A DNA stretch of 64,000 nt from a virus. The position numbers were made by a program, and so were the translations under genes. Of the stretch, positions 19,289-29,851 are shown piece by piece; the stretch's first letter is position 1, and the number at the start of each line of letters is the position of its first letter. The notes below the pieces were generated by a model that saw nothing but the letters and a program-made list of their open reading frames with translations, searched no databases and was not told the DNA's origin. Location: IMG/VR virus record IMGVR_UViG_3300045988_051499; one strand, given 5' to 3'.

Positions 19289-19642
19289 TTAAAATGGTAC
19301 ATAATTGTCGAGCAAAATCTGGAGCTGTTTGGGCATATCTTTCGGCTTAATACCAAAGTCAAGAAAAGTGGTACACCCATACATTAAATCCTCACAGATA
19401 GCCCCTAAAGACTTCAGAAAGGTATTTTTTTCTCCCCCCCTAAAATCTTTTCCGACTTTCAATAAAACATCATAACACGTTACCTTTTGACCTTTTTTCT
19501 TTAACTCATTAGTTATATAACAAGTAAGAGCAATACAGGCTAGTTTATCACCCATATTGCTCCCTAGGTAGTTTAAGGTAAAGTATTTTGAGTAAATTGA
19601 TGACAATTGTTCAAAGCTGATATTTTGAAGGTCGTTCATCAA
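19289..19642 (-). CDS. hypothetical protein
   Basis: 117-aa ORF. Confidence 0.35.
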   Translation of the reverse strand: MMNDLQNISFEQLSSIYSKYFTLNYLGSNMGDKLACIALTCYITNELKKKGQKVTCYDVLLKVGKDFRGGEKNTFLKSLGAICEDLMYGCTTFLDFGIKPKDMPKQLQILLDNYVPF

Positions 19643-20660
19643 GAGAATAGTCTCTATAACCTATCTGATAGGCTACATACTTCAAAAGAGTCTTGAACTC
19701 ATGAAATCCTTGTCGCAATTCCAAATAAGTAACTGGCCTAACCTTACTATAAAAGTTCGGAATGGTAGAAACTACTAAGTAATTAGCTTGCAATTTTGGA
19801 TTCTCCAAGTTATAGAACTTTTCAGCACACAACTTCAGAAGGTATAAATACATCGCAAACTCCCTACTATAGTGATACTTATTGATATTGGTATCAATTT
19901 CACTAACGATTTTTCCAATCGTCTTAATATCATTCACTACAATAGTGTTAGTTTCTGTATCTATTGTATAATTATCTAGTTTGGACTTCAGGTGTAAGAT
20001 AAACTTTTTTCCATTAGGGCAGGTCGCCTCCACGTCCAATAAAATAGCTTGCTCATTTTCAGAAATAGGTGTTTTAGTTATCCCTTCAGGATGTAAAAGT
20101 TTCTGCACTTGCTTATTGCTATTTAATGCTGATACACAAGACTTTACGATTTCTAGTGATTTGTTGTCAAGATATATAATTTCCTTATCTTGTGTTAAAT
20201 CAAATTCTTTTAGCTGTCTATTCTTCCAATAGTTAGTAGAAGCTTCAATCACAGATTTAGCTAGTTCCTTGGTAAGCTTTCCCTTATAATATTCGACCTT
20301 GTCTGATGCTTTCTTTACATCGTCAAATGTCACTTCTCCTTTTAGAAAAACGGGATAGAGTTCATTAGCCATTGCTCCTAACTTTGCAGTAGGTTTACCA
20401 ATGTCTTCTGACAGTTCAAAACTATCTGGCTGTAGCACCAATTCGTGTACAGCACTTCCAAGTTCCAGAGCAGAAGAGAAAGTATTTTTAAACCCAGTAA
20501 AGAATTTATCTGGATTACCATCCTGCCGAGGATTAATTAATCCTAAACGGGAATTACTAACGTATCCACTGTACTGTTCAGAAAAATATACCTTATCACT
20601 TATCTTCTCCAATCTTAGTGTGTCTAGCAGCGGCCTAAGCTTGATATCTTTTAATTCCAT
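19611..20660 (-). CDS. hypothetical protein (possible nuclease)
   Basis: 349 aa; weak D...E.K-like pattern (LLDVEATC...KFILHLKSK) only. Confidence 0.35.
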   Translation of the reverse strand: MELKDIKLRPLLDTLRLEKISDKVYFSEQYSGYVSNSRLGLINPRQDGNPDKFFTGFKNTFSSALELGSAVHELVLQPDSFELSEDIGKPTAKLGAMANELYPVFLKGEVTFDDVKKASDKVEYYKGKLTKELAKSVIEASTNYWKNRQLKEFDLTQDKEIIYLDNKSLEIVKSCVSALNSNKQVQKLLHPEGITKTPISENEQAILLDVEATCPNGKKFILHLKSKLDNYTIDTETNTIVVNDIKTIGKIVSEIDTNINKYHYSREFAMYLYLLKLCAEKFYNLENPKLQANYLVVSTIPNFYSKVRPVTYLELRQGFHEFKTLLKYVAYQIGYRDYSLDERPSKYQL

Positions 20661-21169
20661 CCTAAAGTTGCTAATTCTAATTCATATGCAAATCTAATTT
20701 CGTCAATATCTAAACTATAAATGCGGAATAAAGAATCTCCATTCTGGTTATGTGGCCTATCTATTAGCAATGCTGGAAGTCCAGAGTTTATTGCCATAGT
20801 CACATTACTAATACTGTCGTCGATTAATACATCGCATTTGCCTTTTATCAAGTCAGCCTTGTTTCCGTGCTGATAATACATTTGATAAATAGGTCTTATG
20901 GGTAAATTGTATTTAGCTAGACAATTTCGAGTATAAGTTTTACTGTTAATTCTTTTAGTCGCATAAATATGCGGCTCGAAATTCGGCTTTTCTAGCAAGG
21001 GTAAATTTTCCCAAAACTCCTTGTTGTAGCGAAGACTTACTACGTTTCGTGTAATTACGTGCTCGACTAAATCTGATTCTCTAGGGAATAGTGTTTTATA
21101 TGCTCCCCAGAAATCGAAGATTGTGTCATCCAAGTCTAACGCTATCCTTAATGGATTACATAAATTCAT
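20651..21169 (-). CDS. HAD-family hydrolase, 5'(3')-deoxyribonucleotidase-like
   Basis: HAD motif I ALDLDDTIFDF (DxDxT). Confidence 0.5.
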   Translation of the reverse strand: MNLCNPLRIALDLDDTIFDFWGAYKTLFPRESDLVEHVITRNVVSLRYNKEFWENLPLLEKPNFEPHIYATKRINSKTYTRNCLAKYNLPIRPIYQMYYQHGNKADLIKGKCDVLIDDSISNVTMAINSGLPALLIDRPHNQNGDSLFRIYSLDIDEIRFAYELELATLGWN

Positions 21170-21377
21170 TTATCTCAGATACGTCTCCTAAATATATTCC
21201 ATGTTTTTCAGCAAGTTCTATACAGAAATCATCATAATCCAGAAGATCATCTAAATCGTCGTATTTATTTATATACATACTCTTTATCTTCTCTTCGCAA
21301 TCCTCATAGCTTCTTGCTACTACTTTGCTAATAGTACAGACTTCGTCTGTATGCCATGGAAATAAATATATGTTCAT
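21156..21377 (-). CDS. hypothetical protein
   Basis: 73-aa ORF. Confidence 0.3.
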   Translation of the reverse strand: MNIYLFPWHTDEVCTISKVVARSYEDCEEKIKSMYINKYDDLDDLLDYDDFCIELAEKHGIYLGDVSEINEFM

Positions 21378-21622
21378 AACTCGATTACTTCAATAACGTT
21401 CAATCGCTTCTTTATTAATAGCTCTAGGTCTTCTCTATCTACGTAGATGAAATGACTTTTCTTCAAATCAGATAAAGTGGAATCAAACTCAAGAGAGAAT
21501 GCTTCCATTGTTCTCCAATTCTTTTTAGCTGTCCTTAAATAAAGAGCATATTCATCATCAAAGTCATTAACTATACAATTTTTAATCGTAGGAACTGGAC
21601 CTTTAACTATTAACTTTTTCAT
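21374..21622 (-). CDS. hypothetical protein
   Basis: 82-aa ORF. Confidence 0.3.
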   Translation of the reverse strand: MKKLIVKGPVPTIKNCIVNDFDDEYALYLRTAKKNWRTMEAFSLEFDSTLSDLKKSHFIYVDREDLELLIKKRLNVIEVIEL

Positions 21623-22164
21623 TTCTTAAGCAATTCATAAAAATATTCTATAGGTATTACAGCTACTTGACCCACGCTAGGTGCCCCGTTCTTTCCTGCC
21701 TTCTTCCAACATATACAGAACGGTTTAGATTTATCACTACAAGCGTCCCTAATGTCAAAATAGTTTGGCATATTTTGGGTAAACTTGGCTTGGATATTAA
21801 CTGGAAGTTCATTGTTCATATCAACAATATCTATTTTGTCAGCATCAGCCAGTTTGTTCTGGCTTCTACTAGATACACATCCTTCATATCCAACATCTCT
21901 CAATTTATGAATTATTTCTAACTCATATTGAGAACCTTTTTGTTTACTTTTCTTCGCTTGCTTACTTCTTCTAACTGCAGGATCTGCCCATTCAAAGGTA
22001 ATTCCATCTTTCGATTTAGCTCCAGAGCCAGGTTTATTAGCCCTAGCTTTAATAGAGTTTATCTCTAAGCCAGTTACTTCTGAGGCTTCTTCTATAGTTT
22101 CGAAGGTTTTCTTTTCTCCATTTTTAAATGTAGCTGTAACACTTGTATTAGTCTACTTTTTCAT
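21619..22164 (-). CDS. putative DNA-binding nuclease-like protein with in-frame TAG at codon 4
   Basis: track ORF 21619..21903 starts at TTG, but the same frame stays open about 85 codons further upstream to ATG AAA AAG TAG (TAG at 22153..22155); C-terminal part has weak PD-(D/E)xK-like pattern DIVDMN..ELPVNIQAK. Confidence 0.4.
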
Positions 22165-22214
22165 TCCGTTTATTCTATTTATTTTTTCATTAACTTTACA
22201 TCTCTAGGGTTTCT

Positions 22215-22409
22215 CTAGTCAATAACGAGTTGCTCATTTATAAAGTCCAATAAGTCTTGTGTATTTACACACGCTCCGGCTGGAAGCTCACACCTATATA
22301 CTGTCTGTCTAGGAAATTTGGATATTAGTGCTTCTTCGTCTCCAGAAATAAAGTTTTCTCCAGTATCATTAATTACTACGTAAAATACCATTTCTTTTAA
22401 ATTTGTCAA
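22215..22409 (-). CDS. hypothetical protein
   Basis: 64-aa ORF. Confidence 0.3.
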   Translation of the reverse strand: MTNLKEMVFYVVINDTGENFISGDEEALISKFPRQTVYRCELPAGACVNTQDLLDFINEQLVID

Positions 22410-23388
22410 TAGTTAACTTAATCAACTCCTGAGTAGCTTTTCTTCCATAGTCCCTATAGTAATCACTTATATCCTTAGCTCCTGTGTTTCTGGGAATCAT
22501 TGATACGATTAATTCTGGATGTTGTTTCCTAATCTTATTAGTAAAACGAACTCCAGTTAGGTCATTATCATATAGCAACACAATGTATTTGAATCTCTGC
22601 TTTAATTCTTCTAAAACTTTGTCAGAAACAAACTGAGTCTCAGAGTTGGGAGCTATAGCTGGTATTCCTAAAGAATATAAACACATTACATCTTTCATAG
22701 ACTTAGTTATTACTACCAGTTTTCCAGTCTTAGCTAATTGTTTATAGCCTTGAATAGTCTTAGTAGAAACATTACCTATGAATCTAAACTCCTTTCGTTT
22801 TGGCATATAAATACGCCATTGCTCGATGTTCTCTTTCTTCCCAAAATAATATCCATAGATAGGACTATGTTGGGCAGACTGTGCATATATATTTCCATTT
22901 AAGAATACAGTACTACAACTGTATACCTTAAACCTATGTAGAATATCTTTAGTAATACCAAAGCTTCCCCACCACTTCAACTCAGGTTCTGAGAACTCCT
23001 TAGCTTCTATTTGGATGAAGGTTTGTTTTTCTTCCTCAAATTTCGGCTGGATTTTTACTGCAATCTTCTTTACAGGAGAATCCTTAGTATATCCAAAGTC
23101 CTTAGCTATAATCTTTAAAGCAGTGTGATAGTTACAATTATACTTTTCCATAACTACCCCTTCGAATGTCAAACATTTTCCGGAAGCAAAGTCCTTAAAA
23201 TATAAGTTTCCAGATTTTCCTCTAAAGAAACTGCAAGTGACATGACTGTCACTACGCAAAGGAGACTTAAACAATCCTTTCTTAACTGGGATGCCCAGAT
23301 AATAAGTCATGTAAGTCTCCTCATTGTTTTTAGATAGAAGAAATTCCTTAGTAATTTTTGGTTCAAAAGTATAATCAAACATGGTCAC
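22369..23388 (-). CDS. DNA primase (TOPRIM domain)
   Basis: TOPRIM-like IVLLYDNDLTG acidic motif; Cys/His-containing N-terminal region. Confidence 0.5.
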   Translation of the reverse strand: MTMFDYTFEPKITKEFLLSKNNEETYMTYYLGIPVKKGLFKSPLRSDSHVTCSFFRGKSGNLYFKDFASGKCLTFEGVVMEKYNCNYHTALKIIAKDFGYTKDSPVKKIAVKIQPKFEEEKQTFIQIEAKEFSEPELKWWGSFGITKDILHRFKVYSCSTVFLNGNIYAQSAQHSPIYGYYFGKKENIEQWRIYMPKRKEFRFIGNVSTKTIQGYKQLAKTGKLVVITKSMKDVMCLYSLGIPAIAPNSETQFVSDKVLEELKQRFKYIVLLYDNDLTGVRFTNKIRKQHPELIVSMIPRNTGAKDISDYYRDYGRKATQELIKLTIDKFKRNGILRSN

Positions 23389-23422
23389 TAAGGAATTTAT
23401 GAATTACTCTACTAACAAATCA

Positions 23423-24118
23423 TTAGAGTAAGTCAGTGATGTCCAAATCATCTGCTGGAGCTTGGTCTACTCCTGCTACATCTGCAATTGGATCTTCTGA
23501 CTTCATTTCAGTAGGCTTAGCCTTCAGATATTTCTGACGTTCTCCTTCCTCATAGTCAGAGAAGAACAGCTTATCGCCAATATAGTTATCAGAAATGAAC
23601 GACTCACCCTGTTTGTTAATACCAACAATACGCGGTATATCAGCAACTACCTTACCGTCACGGTTTCTACCAATCAACTTCAACTTAGTCTCTGTTCCCT
23701 TCACCTTCTCAGTGATTGTAATCAAAGCCTTAGCTACATCGTCGAAGCTCTTAAACTTAGAGCTAGCTGCTTGCATCTTTTCGAATCCTGCAGGGTTAAG
23801 AACCTGCGCAGTCTGTTTAACTACAGCCATCAAAGTTTCGAAGTTGGAGGGCATCACTACCTTTCCACCATTCTTACTATCAAATTCTCGTCTCTCATCA
23901 TCACCAGCTTTCGGGAAGAATTGAGTTACTGAGAAGTAACCATCTTCGTTCTCAAAATTGATAGACAAAACTTTATAGTGGGCTGTTGGGTCCTTCTTCC
24001 CATCAAATTCCTTGATTTCGCAACCCATGAATTTTACATCATGGATATTCCAAGGGGTTAAAGGACGACGTGTGTTTCTTACTGCTGAGTCTGCTGATAT
24101 ACCAAAATTAAATGCCAT
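23423..24118 (-). CDS. hypothetical protein (replication-module, possible ssDNA-binding)
   Basis: 231 aa, acidic C-terminal tail DDLDITDLL typical of SSB-like proteins; weak. Confidence 0.35.
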   Translation of the reverse strand: MAFNFGISADSAVRNTRRPLTPWNIHDVKFMGCEIKEFDGKKDPTAHYKVLSINFENEDGYFSVTQFFPKAGDDERREFDSKNGGKVVMPSNFETLMAVVKQTAQVLNPAGFEKMQAASSKFKSFDDVAKALITITEKVKGTETKLKLIGRNRDGKVVADIPRIVGINKQGESFISDNYIGDKLFFSDYEEGERQKYLKAKPTEMKSEDPIADVAGVDQAPADDLDITDLL

Positions 24119-24120
24119 AA

Positions 24121-24696
24121 TTAATTCAAATTAAAATCAAATTTTTCTAAGTTTTTGTCATCTTCGTCTATGTTTAAATTATCTAATGCTTCTATATCGA
24201 GTTCTTTTTCGATATCAATTATCTCTTCCGGCACAGGATTTGACTCCTGTACCTTGTCTCCTATCAGATAATAAATTCCTTTATCCTCTGTAGGTTCCAA
24301 CTTAAAGACAGTACCGTAAGCAGAAAGCTTTTCGTTAGCAGCTCCTCTATAACTTACAGTATTACTTTTAGTCAGCTTGTTTCCAGCCTTAGTACCGAAA
24401 GCAGCATCGGTTCCAATAATAGGAACTGCCTTCTTATCCTTTTTCTTATACTTGATGTCTACACGACAATCTGCACAGACTTGTAACAAGTCTACTGCCC
24501 CTTGGGTCAAAATCAACTTGTTAGAATCAAGCGTAATAATAGGTTCAGGATTTTCATCTACCTTAGCAGATGAAGATTTACTACTTGCAGCTTTCTTAGT
24601 AGCTACGGTGTCAACATGGATTTCTTCTTTACCAATATAGGTGATTTCACCCGTTTGCTCATTCACATCATAGTGAAACAGTATGTCTAATTTCAT
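24121..24696 (-). CDS. hypothetical protein
   Basis: 191-aa ORF. Confidence 0.35.
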   Translation of the reverse strand: MKLDILFHYDVNEQTGEITYIGKEEIHVDTVATKKAASSKSSSAKVDENPEPIITLDSNKLILTQGAVDLLQVCADCRVDIKYKKKDKKAVPIIGTDAAFGTKAGNKLTKSNTVSYRGAANEKLSAYGTVFKLEPTEDKGIYYLIGDKVQESNPVPEEIIDIEKELDIEALDNLNIDEDDKNLEKFDFNLN

Positions 24697-25391
24697 TATT
24701 CCCCTTCGTTATAAGCGTCAATAACTTTAATAATCTCATCCAAATCATTATCAATTTCTAAGTCTTCAAACATTCCCAAAGAAGTCTTTGCTACACAGCT
24801 ACCATCATTGTTAGTGATAAGCTTATACTCCATTCTACCGGAGTCTCCTTCGTTTACTTTAGTAAAGAAGATATATGTAAACAAACCTTCCAAGGTTACT
24901 TTTTCAGACAGCAACTTACCAACAGTCTTGATAACATACTTAGGATTAACGTTGTCTCCAACATTTTCTGAGTGAGTCAAGAAGATCATTTTGCAATCCT
25001 CTCTCATCTTTTCTGAATATCTCAGAATTTCCATAGCGTGTTGAGCTAATTCACTAAACTTAGTATAACCAACTTCAGTTGCTCTATCAACGAACTCATA
25101 AGAGAGAACATATTGGAAGTCATCAATGATTACCTGCTTAATGTGCGGCATCATCTTATCAATAATTTGAAGAATTTTCAGTATTTGGTCCCACTTTGAA
25201 CTTACATAGTAGTTACCACTCACGTTCTTTCCTTCGATTTTGATGGGAATATACTTCTTCTTCCATGCACGGAAGGGAAGGGGTTTACCCGTAGTACTTA
25301 TAATAAAAGTAGTTTCGGGATTAAGATTTCTTAAACTTGTACTTTTTCCAGTACCTGATTCACCTACGATAGCAATTGTTTCAGCAGCCAT
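24696..25391 (-). CDS. AAA_24 / Sak4-like RecA-fold ATPase
   Basis: Walker A IVGESGTGKST at N-terminus, size about 230 aa typical of phage Sak4-like proteins. Confidence 0.5.
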   Translation of the reverse strand: MAAETIAIVGESGTGKSTSLRNLNPETTFIISTTGKPLPFRAWKKKYIPIKIEGKNVSGNYYVSSKWDQILKILQIIDKMMPHIKQVIIDDFQYVLSYEFVDRATEVGYTKFSELAQHAMEILRYSEKMREDCKMIFLTHSENVGDNVNPKYVIKTVGKLLSEKVTLEGLFTYIFFTKVNEGDSGRMEYKLITNNDGSCVAKTSLGMFEDLEIDNDLDEIIKVIDAYNEGE

Positions 25392-26485
25392 TATTCTAAT
25401 GCAAAATTAAAATTCGAATTTGAATTATCTAATTCTGTAATATCATCTAGCTCCTGTTCTACAATAGAACTATTATCTTCTAATATATAGTTTGGACTTG
25501 TATATCTCTCATAATCATAAATTTCATCGGGCTTCGGCAGCTCGTAGAACATATTAATCCATCCAAAGAAGTTTACTCCAACCTCAACATCGCAATCCCC
25601 GTATCGGTTCTTAAGTACCATAATACTCCTATAATAAGAGCCTAGATACTCAATATTGTAATGTTTATAAGTCTTCAATCCATCTCTGTGAGGATTATAC
25701 AATGCAATCATGATATTACAATCTTGCACAGTATTACCTGAATCCTTAGCATCGTGAATAGTAAACGCACTTTTGCCTTGTTTAAACCTCTCAATATTTC
25801 CTTGCTCTCTATTAGCTTGCTGTATTACTACAGGACTAATAAAACACTTATCTCTAAGAAAAAGAAGATAGCTAGACAACAAATCAATATCAGGCTTTGT
25901 ACCAACAAGACCAATATGGTCTACGACTACATTATAAATAAGATTAGGATTATTTGGAGTATAGACGAGGCGGGTTTCACTTTCAGAAAAGGTTCCCATT
26001 TCCTCCAACCTAGTTTTCAAGATGGCATATACCTTCTTCGGAGTTACCTTCTTGTCATAGATTTCTAACTTCTTACTAATCTTATCTATCCAAGGCATAC
26101 ATTGCTTAACTAAGTCATAATGCTCATCAGATAAAATATATTCTTTTTCTCTTGACAATATCTTCTTAAAAGATAGTTGGATTCCATAGGTCTCAAATAT
26201 ATATATGGATAACAGCTTAATATACAAAGCTACTTCTCCCATTTCAAGACTGAAATACAATACCTTAAAATCATCATCATCAAGATGTTCCATTAGTGGT
26301 CGATATACATAAGCATATAAGGCAAACGAAGTCTTACCTGCACCAGAGTTTGATAGAATTAAAGTATAGGTTTCCCTAGTAACTCCATCAATAATACTCT
26401 CTAGCTTAGGAAGTTTCATAGAAATACCATGATTTAGTCCCTGTCTACCTCTATCAATTTCATTGAGAAGTTTATCAGAAATCAT
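25391..26485 (-). CDS. DnaB-like replicative helicase (C-terminal RecA-like domain)
   Basis: Walker A SNSGAGKTSFAL, DnaB-like H4 motif IQQANRE, Walker B VVDHIGLV. Confidence 0.55.
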   Translation of the reverse strand: MISDKLLNEIDRGRQGLNHGISMKLPKLESIIDGVTRETYTLILSNSGAGKTSFALYAYVYRPLMEHLDDDDFKVLYFSLEMGEVALYIKLLSIYIFETYGIQLSFKKILSREKEYILSDEHYDLVKQCMPWIDKISKKLEIYDKKVTPKKVYAILKTRLEEMGTFSESETRLVYTPNNPNLIYNVVVDHIGLVGTKPDIDLLSSYLLFLRDKCFISPVVIQQANREQGNIERFKQGKSAFTIHDAKDSGNTVQDCNIMIALYNPHRDGLKTYKHYNIEYLGSYYRSIMVLKNRYGDCDVEVGVNFFGWINMFYELPKPDEIYDYERYTSPNYILEDNSSIVEQELDDITELDNSNSNFNFALE

Positions 26486-27087
26486 AGTAATCTCATAGAA
26501 TCGTAATTAACTCCGCCTTCATTCTTTAATGCCTCTAGTTCTTCCCACTTATGGTCTATTACAAAATTAGCTATTGTGGTACACAATATATTGTGTTCAT
26601 TAGCCCACTTAACTAACTCTATAATATGGTTATGAGTTTCTGGCTTCCATCTGATAGTTTTACCATAAAACCTATAGAAGTCTTCAATTGTATCAAATTT
26701 CTTAGATACGCTTTTCAGACCCACTTGTGTATTATTAACTATTCCAAATAATGGATAAGTATCCCACAATTCCTTACCTAAGTCGAATGAACACTTATAA
26801 AAGTCTTTCACAACTAACTTATTTAGAGGAACATCTAGTGGGTTAAATACAGACCCTTTCTCAGGAATCTTATAGGATTTATGAATAACTCCAGCATCGC
26901 GAAGTCCAGTTAACAGTTCTATTGTAAAACCACGAGCGCATACTCTAGAAGAGAAATACTCGTGGACAATTTCGGGTTCATCACCCTCTTGGGCGATAAG
27001 AAGAATTTCTAACAACAACAGCTCACTTGGGTTTATGCTATATTTTTCACAAAACAAAAGTTGCTGTTTCAGTTCAAGATTTTTCAC
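26482..27087 (-). CDS. hypothetical protein
   Basis: 201-aa ORF. Confidence 0.35.
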   Translation of the reverse strand: MKNLELKQQLLFCEKYSINPSELLLLEILLIAQEGDEPEIVHEYFSSRVCARGFTIELLTGLRDAGVIHKSYKIPEKGSVFNPLDVPLNKLVVKDFYKCSFDLGKELWDTYPLFGIVNNTQVGLKSVSKKFDTIEDFYRFYGKTIRWKPETHNHIIELVKWANEHNILCTTIANFVIDHKWEELEALKNEGGVNYDSMRLL

Positions 27088-27174
27088 GTGTACAAATTAA
27101 TAGATTTTCTACTAATCTATACACCAAGTCTAGTTTACTTGTTAAAGCGTTAAAACTTGGTTACGTGATAAACT

Positions 27175-27393
27175 TTAGTCCTCAACTTTTTCGCTGGCAG
27201 TTTCAAGAAGTACTGCATAGTCCTTCTTTAATTCCTTCAATTCAGCAGTAAGCTTACTAACTTTAGTTTCCAATGCTTTGCACTTCTTAGTCAAAGCAGA
27301 CTTCATCTCATTAAACTCTTTTTTAGTGTAATAAGTTTCCATAATTAAAAACGATAGGTAAAATTCTGCAATTTTTTCTTGTAAGGTTCCCAA
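27175..27393 (-). CDS. hypothetical coiled-coil protein
   Basis: 72 aa, heptad-like K/E-rich. Confidence 0.3.
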   Translation of the reverse strand: MGTLQEKIAEFYLSFLIMETYYTKKEFNEMKSALTKKCKALETKVSKLTAELKELKKDYAVLLETASEKVED

Positions 27394-28622
27394 GGCTCTC
27401 CATTAAGTAACTTTCGTAAGTTATCTACATCAATAGTAACATACTCGCTCTTTTGATGAGACTTCTTAAACCATTCTTGTTCAACGGTATCTTCTAGCAC
27501 CAATGTGAATATTTCAGAGTATTTAGAACCTTCTTTTCTAATGACCCTACCAGCGGCTTGAGTGCTTTTTGTGCTACTAGAGTCAACTCCAAGCATTATC
27601 CCGACCGATAGACCGGGACAATCAAAACCTTCAATAGCCAATTTACAGCTATTAATCACGCCCTTGTCTAGTAGGGCGAACTCCTCAAGTGTAATTCTGT
27701 TTTGTTTTTTACTTTCTTTGCCAGTGTAAACATATCCTACTCCTATCTTCTCTGCCATTGCAGTGTTAGCAGAGAATGTAATAATTTTCTTGTCTGCTCT
27801 GTGAGCAATAATCTCCCTAGCCACTTCTAATTTAGCCGGATGATTATGGATAAACTTTTTTCTAGCTTGTAAAGCTCTCATAAAAGCCGTAGAATGAAAG
27901 GTAATCTGCTTCAAAGCATTAGACAGCTCAGCTTTATCCGAACTACTACAAATCTGATTTCTGTAATTAAGCCTATTTCTGAGGCCGTCTTTACCAACCA
28001 TACTCATTGCGAGTCCAAAATCAAAGTTAAAGAATTCAAAATGTCTTATAAATTCCCTATTTTGCTCTCGATAGCTTTCGATGTCTTCTGCTGTGATAAT
28101 TACTTGATATTCAGTAAAATCAGATACCCAACCATTGGCTTTGGCTACTTCAATAGTTACGCTATCAACTACAGGGCAATATTTCTCGACTATAGTATGT
28201 CTACCGTCAAGTCTTTCCAGAGTAGCAGTTAGTCCAAGAATTAACTTGTATTTAACCTTACTAAATACAAATTGTAAAGTCTCAGCAGCAGTTCTATGGA
28301 TTTCATCAATGATTAAAAAGTCACATTCGTATCCATTCTTTGCTGTAGTATTTACAACTTGCACCTCTGTATTTAACCCTAGACCTTCCTTATCTAATAT
28401 ATCTATCCACTGATTCTTTAAAAGTTCCGTGGGGACTACTACCAATGCTCTAATAGTAGGATATTTAGATAGAACAGCCTTTAAACAATTAATAGCACAT
28501 CGTGTTTTACCAAAGCCTGTACAGGCTTCTATGGTGCCTCTTCCTTTATGTAATAACCAGGCTCTCTTACATTGCTCCTGTCGCTCATCACGAGTAACAG
28601 GAGTAAAGAGGTCTTTCATCAA
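27345..28622 (-). CDS. SF2 DEAD/DEAH-box helicase
   Basis: Walker A CTGFGKTR and DEAH box LIIDEIHR. Confidence 0.6.
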   Translation of the reverse strand: MMKDLFTPVTRDERQEQCKRAWLLHKGRGTIEACTGFGKTRCAINCLKAVLSKYPTIRALVVVPTELLKNQWIDILDKEGLGLNTEVQVVNTTAKNGYECDFLIIDEIHRTAAETLQFVFSKVKYKLILGLTATLERLDGRHTIVEKYCPVVDSVTIEVAKANGWVSDFTEYQVIITAEDIESYREQNREFIRHFEFFNFDFGLAMSMVGKDGLRNRLNYRNQICSSSDKAELSNALKQITFHSTAFMRALQARKKFIHNHPAKLEVAREIIAHRADKKIITFSANTAMAEKIGVGYVYTGKESKKQNRITLEEFALLDKGVINSCKLAIEGFDCPGLSVGIMLGVDSSSTKSTQAAGRVIRKEGSKYSEIFTLVLEDTVEQEWFKKSHQKSEYVTIDVDNLRKLLNGEPWEPYKKKLQNFTYRF

Positions 28623-29482
28623 TCTATATTCCTAGTGATGTCCCATCCTTTAAGTTCTGCAACTTTCTTGATTTCTTCCATCTTATCCTTCCATTGTTTA
28701 GCCTGGTTCTCGCATTGATTTTGGAAGCGATAAAGAACTTTGTTTGATAGCAGTCTGAGCTGATCACTAGTTAAGTTAGCATATTTATCTCGTTTCAATC
28801 TACACATAGATCTAAACTCAGCATAACTTAATCCAGTATCACAGATTTTCAGAGCTATAGAAGGATTCAAACGAAGTTCCTTACTTACTACTAACAGTCT
28901 GTTAACAGCTTTACCTGTCACTGGGTCTTTACGATACAAGTCTTTCTGCATTTCTTGCTGTGTAAACCACAGTCCCATTTTTACAATGAAGTTAAGCGTC
29001 AAATGAGAGTTGTCAAACAATCCCAAGGAATCTAAACAAGCATCCATAACTAAACTTACTGGTACTTCTCTAAACTCTACAGGGATTCCATTAAGAATTT
29101 CTCCAATTGGATAGACCTTAATAGCCTCATTAGTTAACACTTCCTTATTGTTTTTGATAACAGCTTTCAAGTCTTCCAAACAACGTGTGTTTGTGTATTG
29201 CTTTTCAGCTCTAAGCCATCTAATAAGAAGCTCTGCACGACATCTTTGTATTTGGTCGGACACAATTCCGAGTAATGTTACACGACCCGGATTCTTGGTA
29301 TCAGAGTTGTACAACATTTGTTCACAATGATTGTAGAATCGTCTCAGCTGGTCATAACCTGCGTCTACCAATTTAATTTCCTCCTGGACCCCATTTACCT
29401 TAGGTCCTTTCCATACATAGCTATTAACGTCGTTTGCTTTATCGCTCAAAGCCTCTCTCAGCTTATCTCCTAATACAGTCAT
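28619..29482 (-). CDS. hypothetical protein
   Basis: 287-aa ORF. Confidence 0.4.
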   Translation of the reverse strand: MTVLGDKLREALSDKANDVNSYVWKGPKVNGVQEEIKLVDAGYDQLRRFYNHCEQMLYNSDTKNPGRVTLLGIVSDQIQRCRAELLIRWLRAEKQYTNTRCLEDLKAVIKNNKEVLTNEAIKVYPIGEILNGIPVEFREVPVSLVMDACLDSLGLFDNSHLTLNFIVKMGLWFTQQEMQKDLYRKDPVTGKAVNRLLVVSKELRLNPSIALKICDTGLSYAEFRSMCRLKRDKYANLTSDQLRLLSNKVLYRFQNQCENQAKQWKDKMEEIKKVAELKGWDITRNID

Positions 29483-29527
29483 AAATTATTCTTTAAAAAT
29501 ACTTCATAGTTTATCTCCTTTTTAATG

Positions 29528-29851
29528 TTAATCTAATAATATTTGTCCATCTTCAATGATAGGCTTTTCATGAATAAATTTCAAGAAAATTATATTACTA
29601 TCCTTGTATGGAACAAAATCTTTACCATCGTACCATTTATCGATGCCTTCTTCTACGTATCTTAGTGAAACATAGCCGACATCTCCTAATTTCATAGAAC
29701 ACTGGTTCCAATTCGGGAATCGAACACACATTATATCCTTGTAATCTAGATTATCATATTCTAGCCTTTCAAAGACATAATTAGCGTATCCCATCCCGTC
29801 CTCACATTCAGCAACAAATTTGACATGGTAAGTTACTTCTTTGGTTTCCAC
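29528..29851 (-). CDS. hypothetical protein
   Basis: 107-aa ORF. Confidence 0.35.
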   Translation of the reverse strand: METKEVTYHVKFVAECEDGMGYANYVFERLEYDNLDYKDIMCVRFPNWNQCSMKLGDVGYVSLRYVEEGIDKWYDGKDFVPYKDSNIIFLKFIHEKPIIEDGQILLD

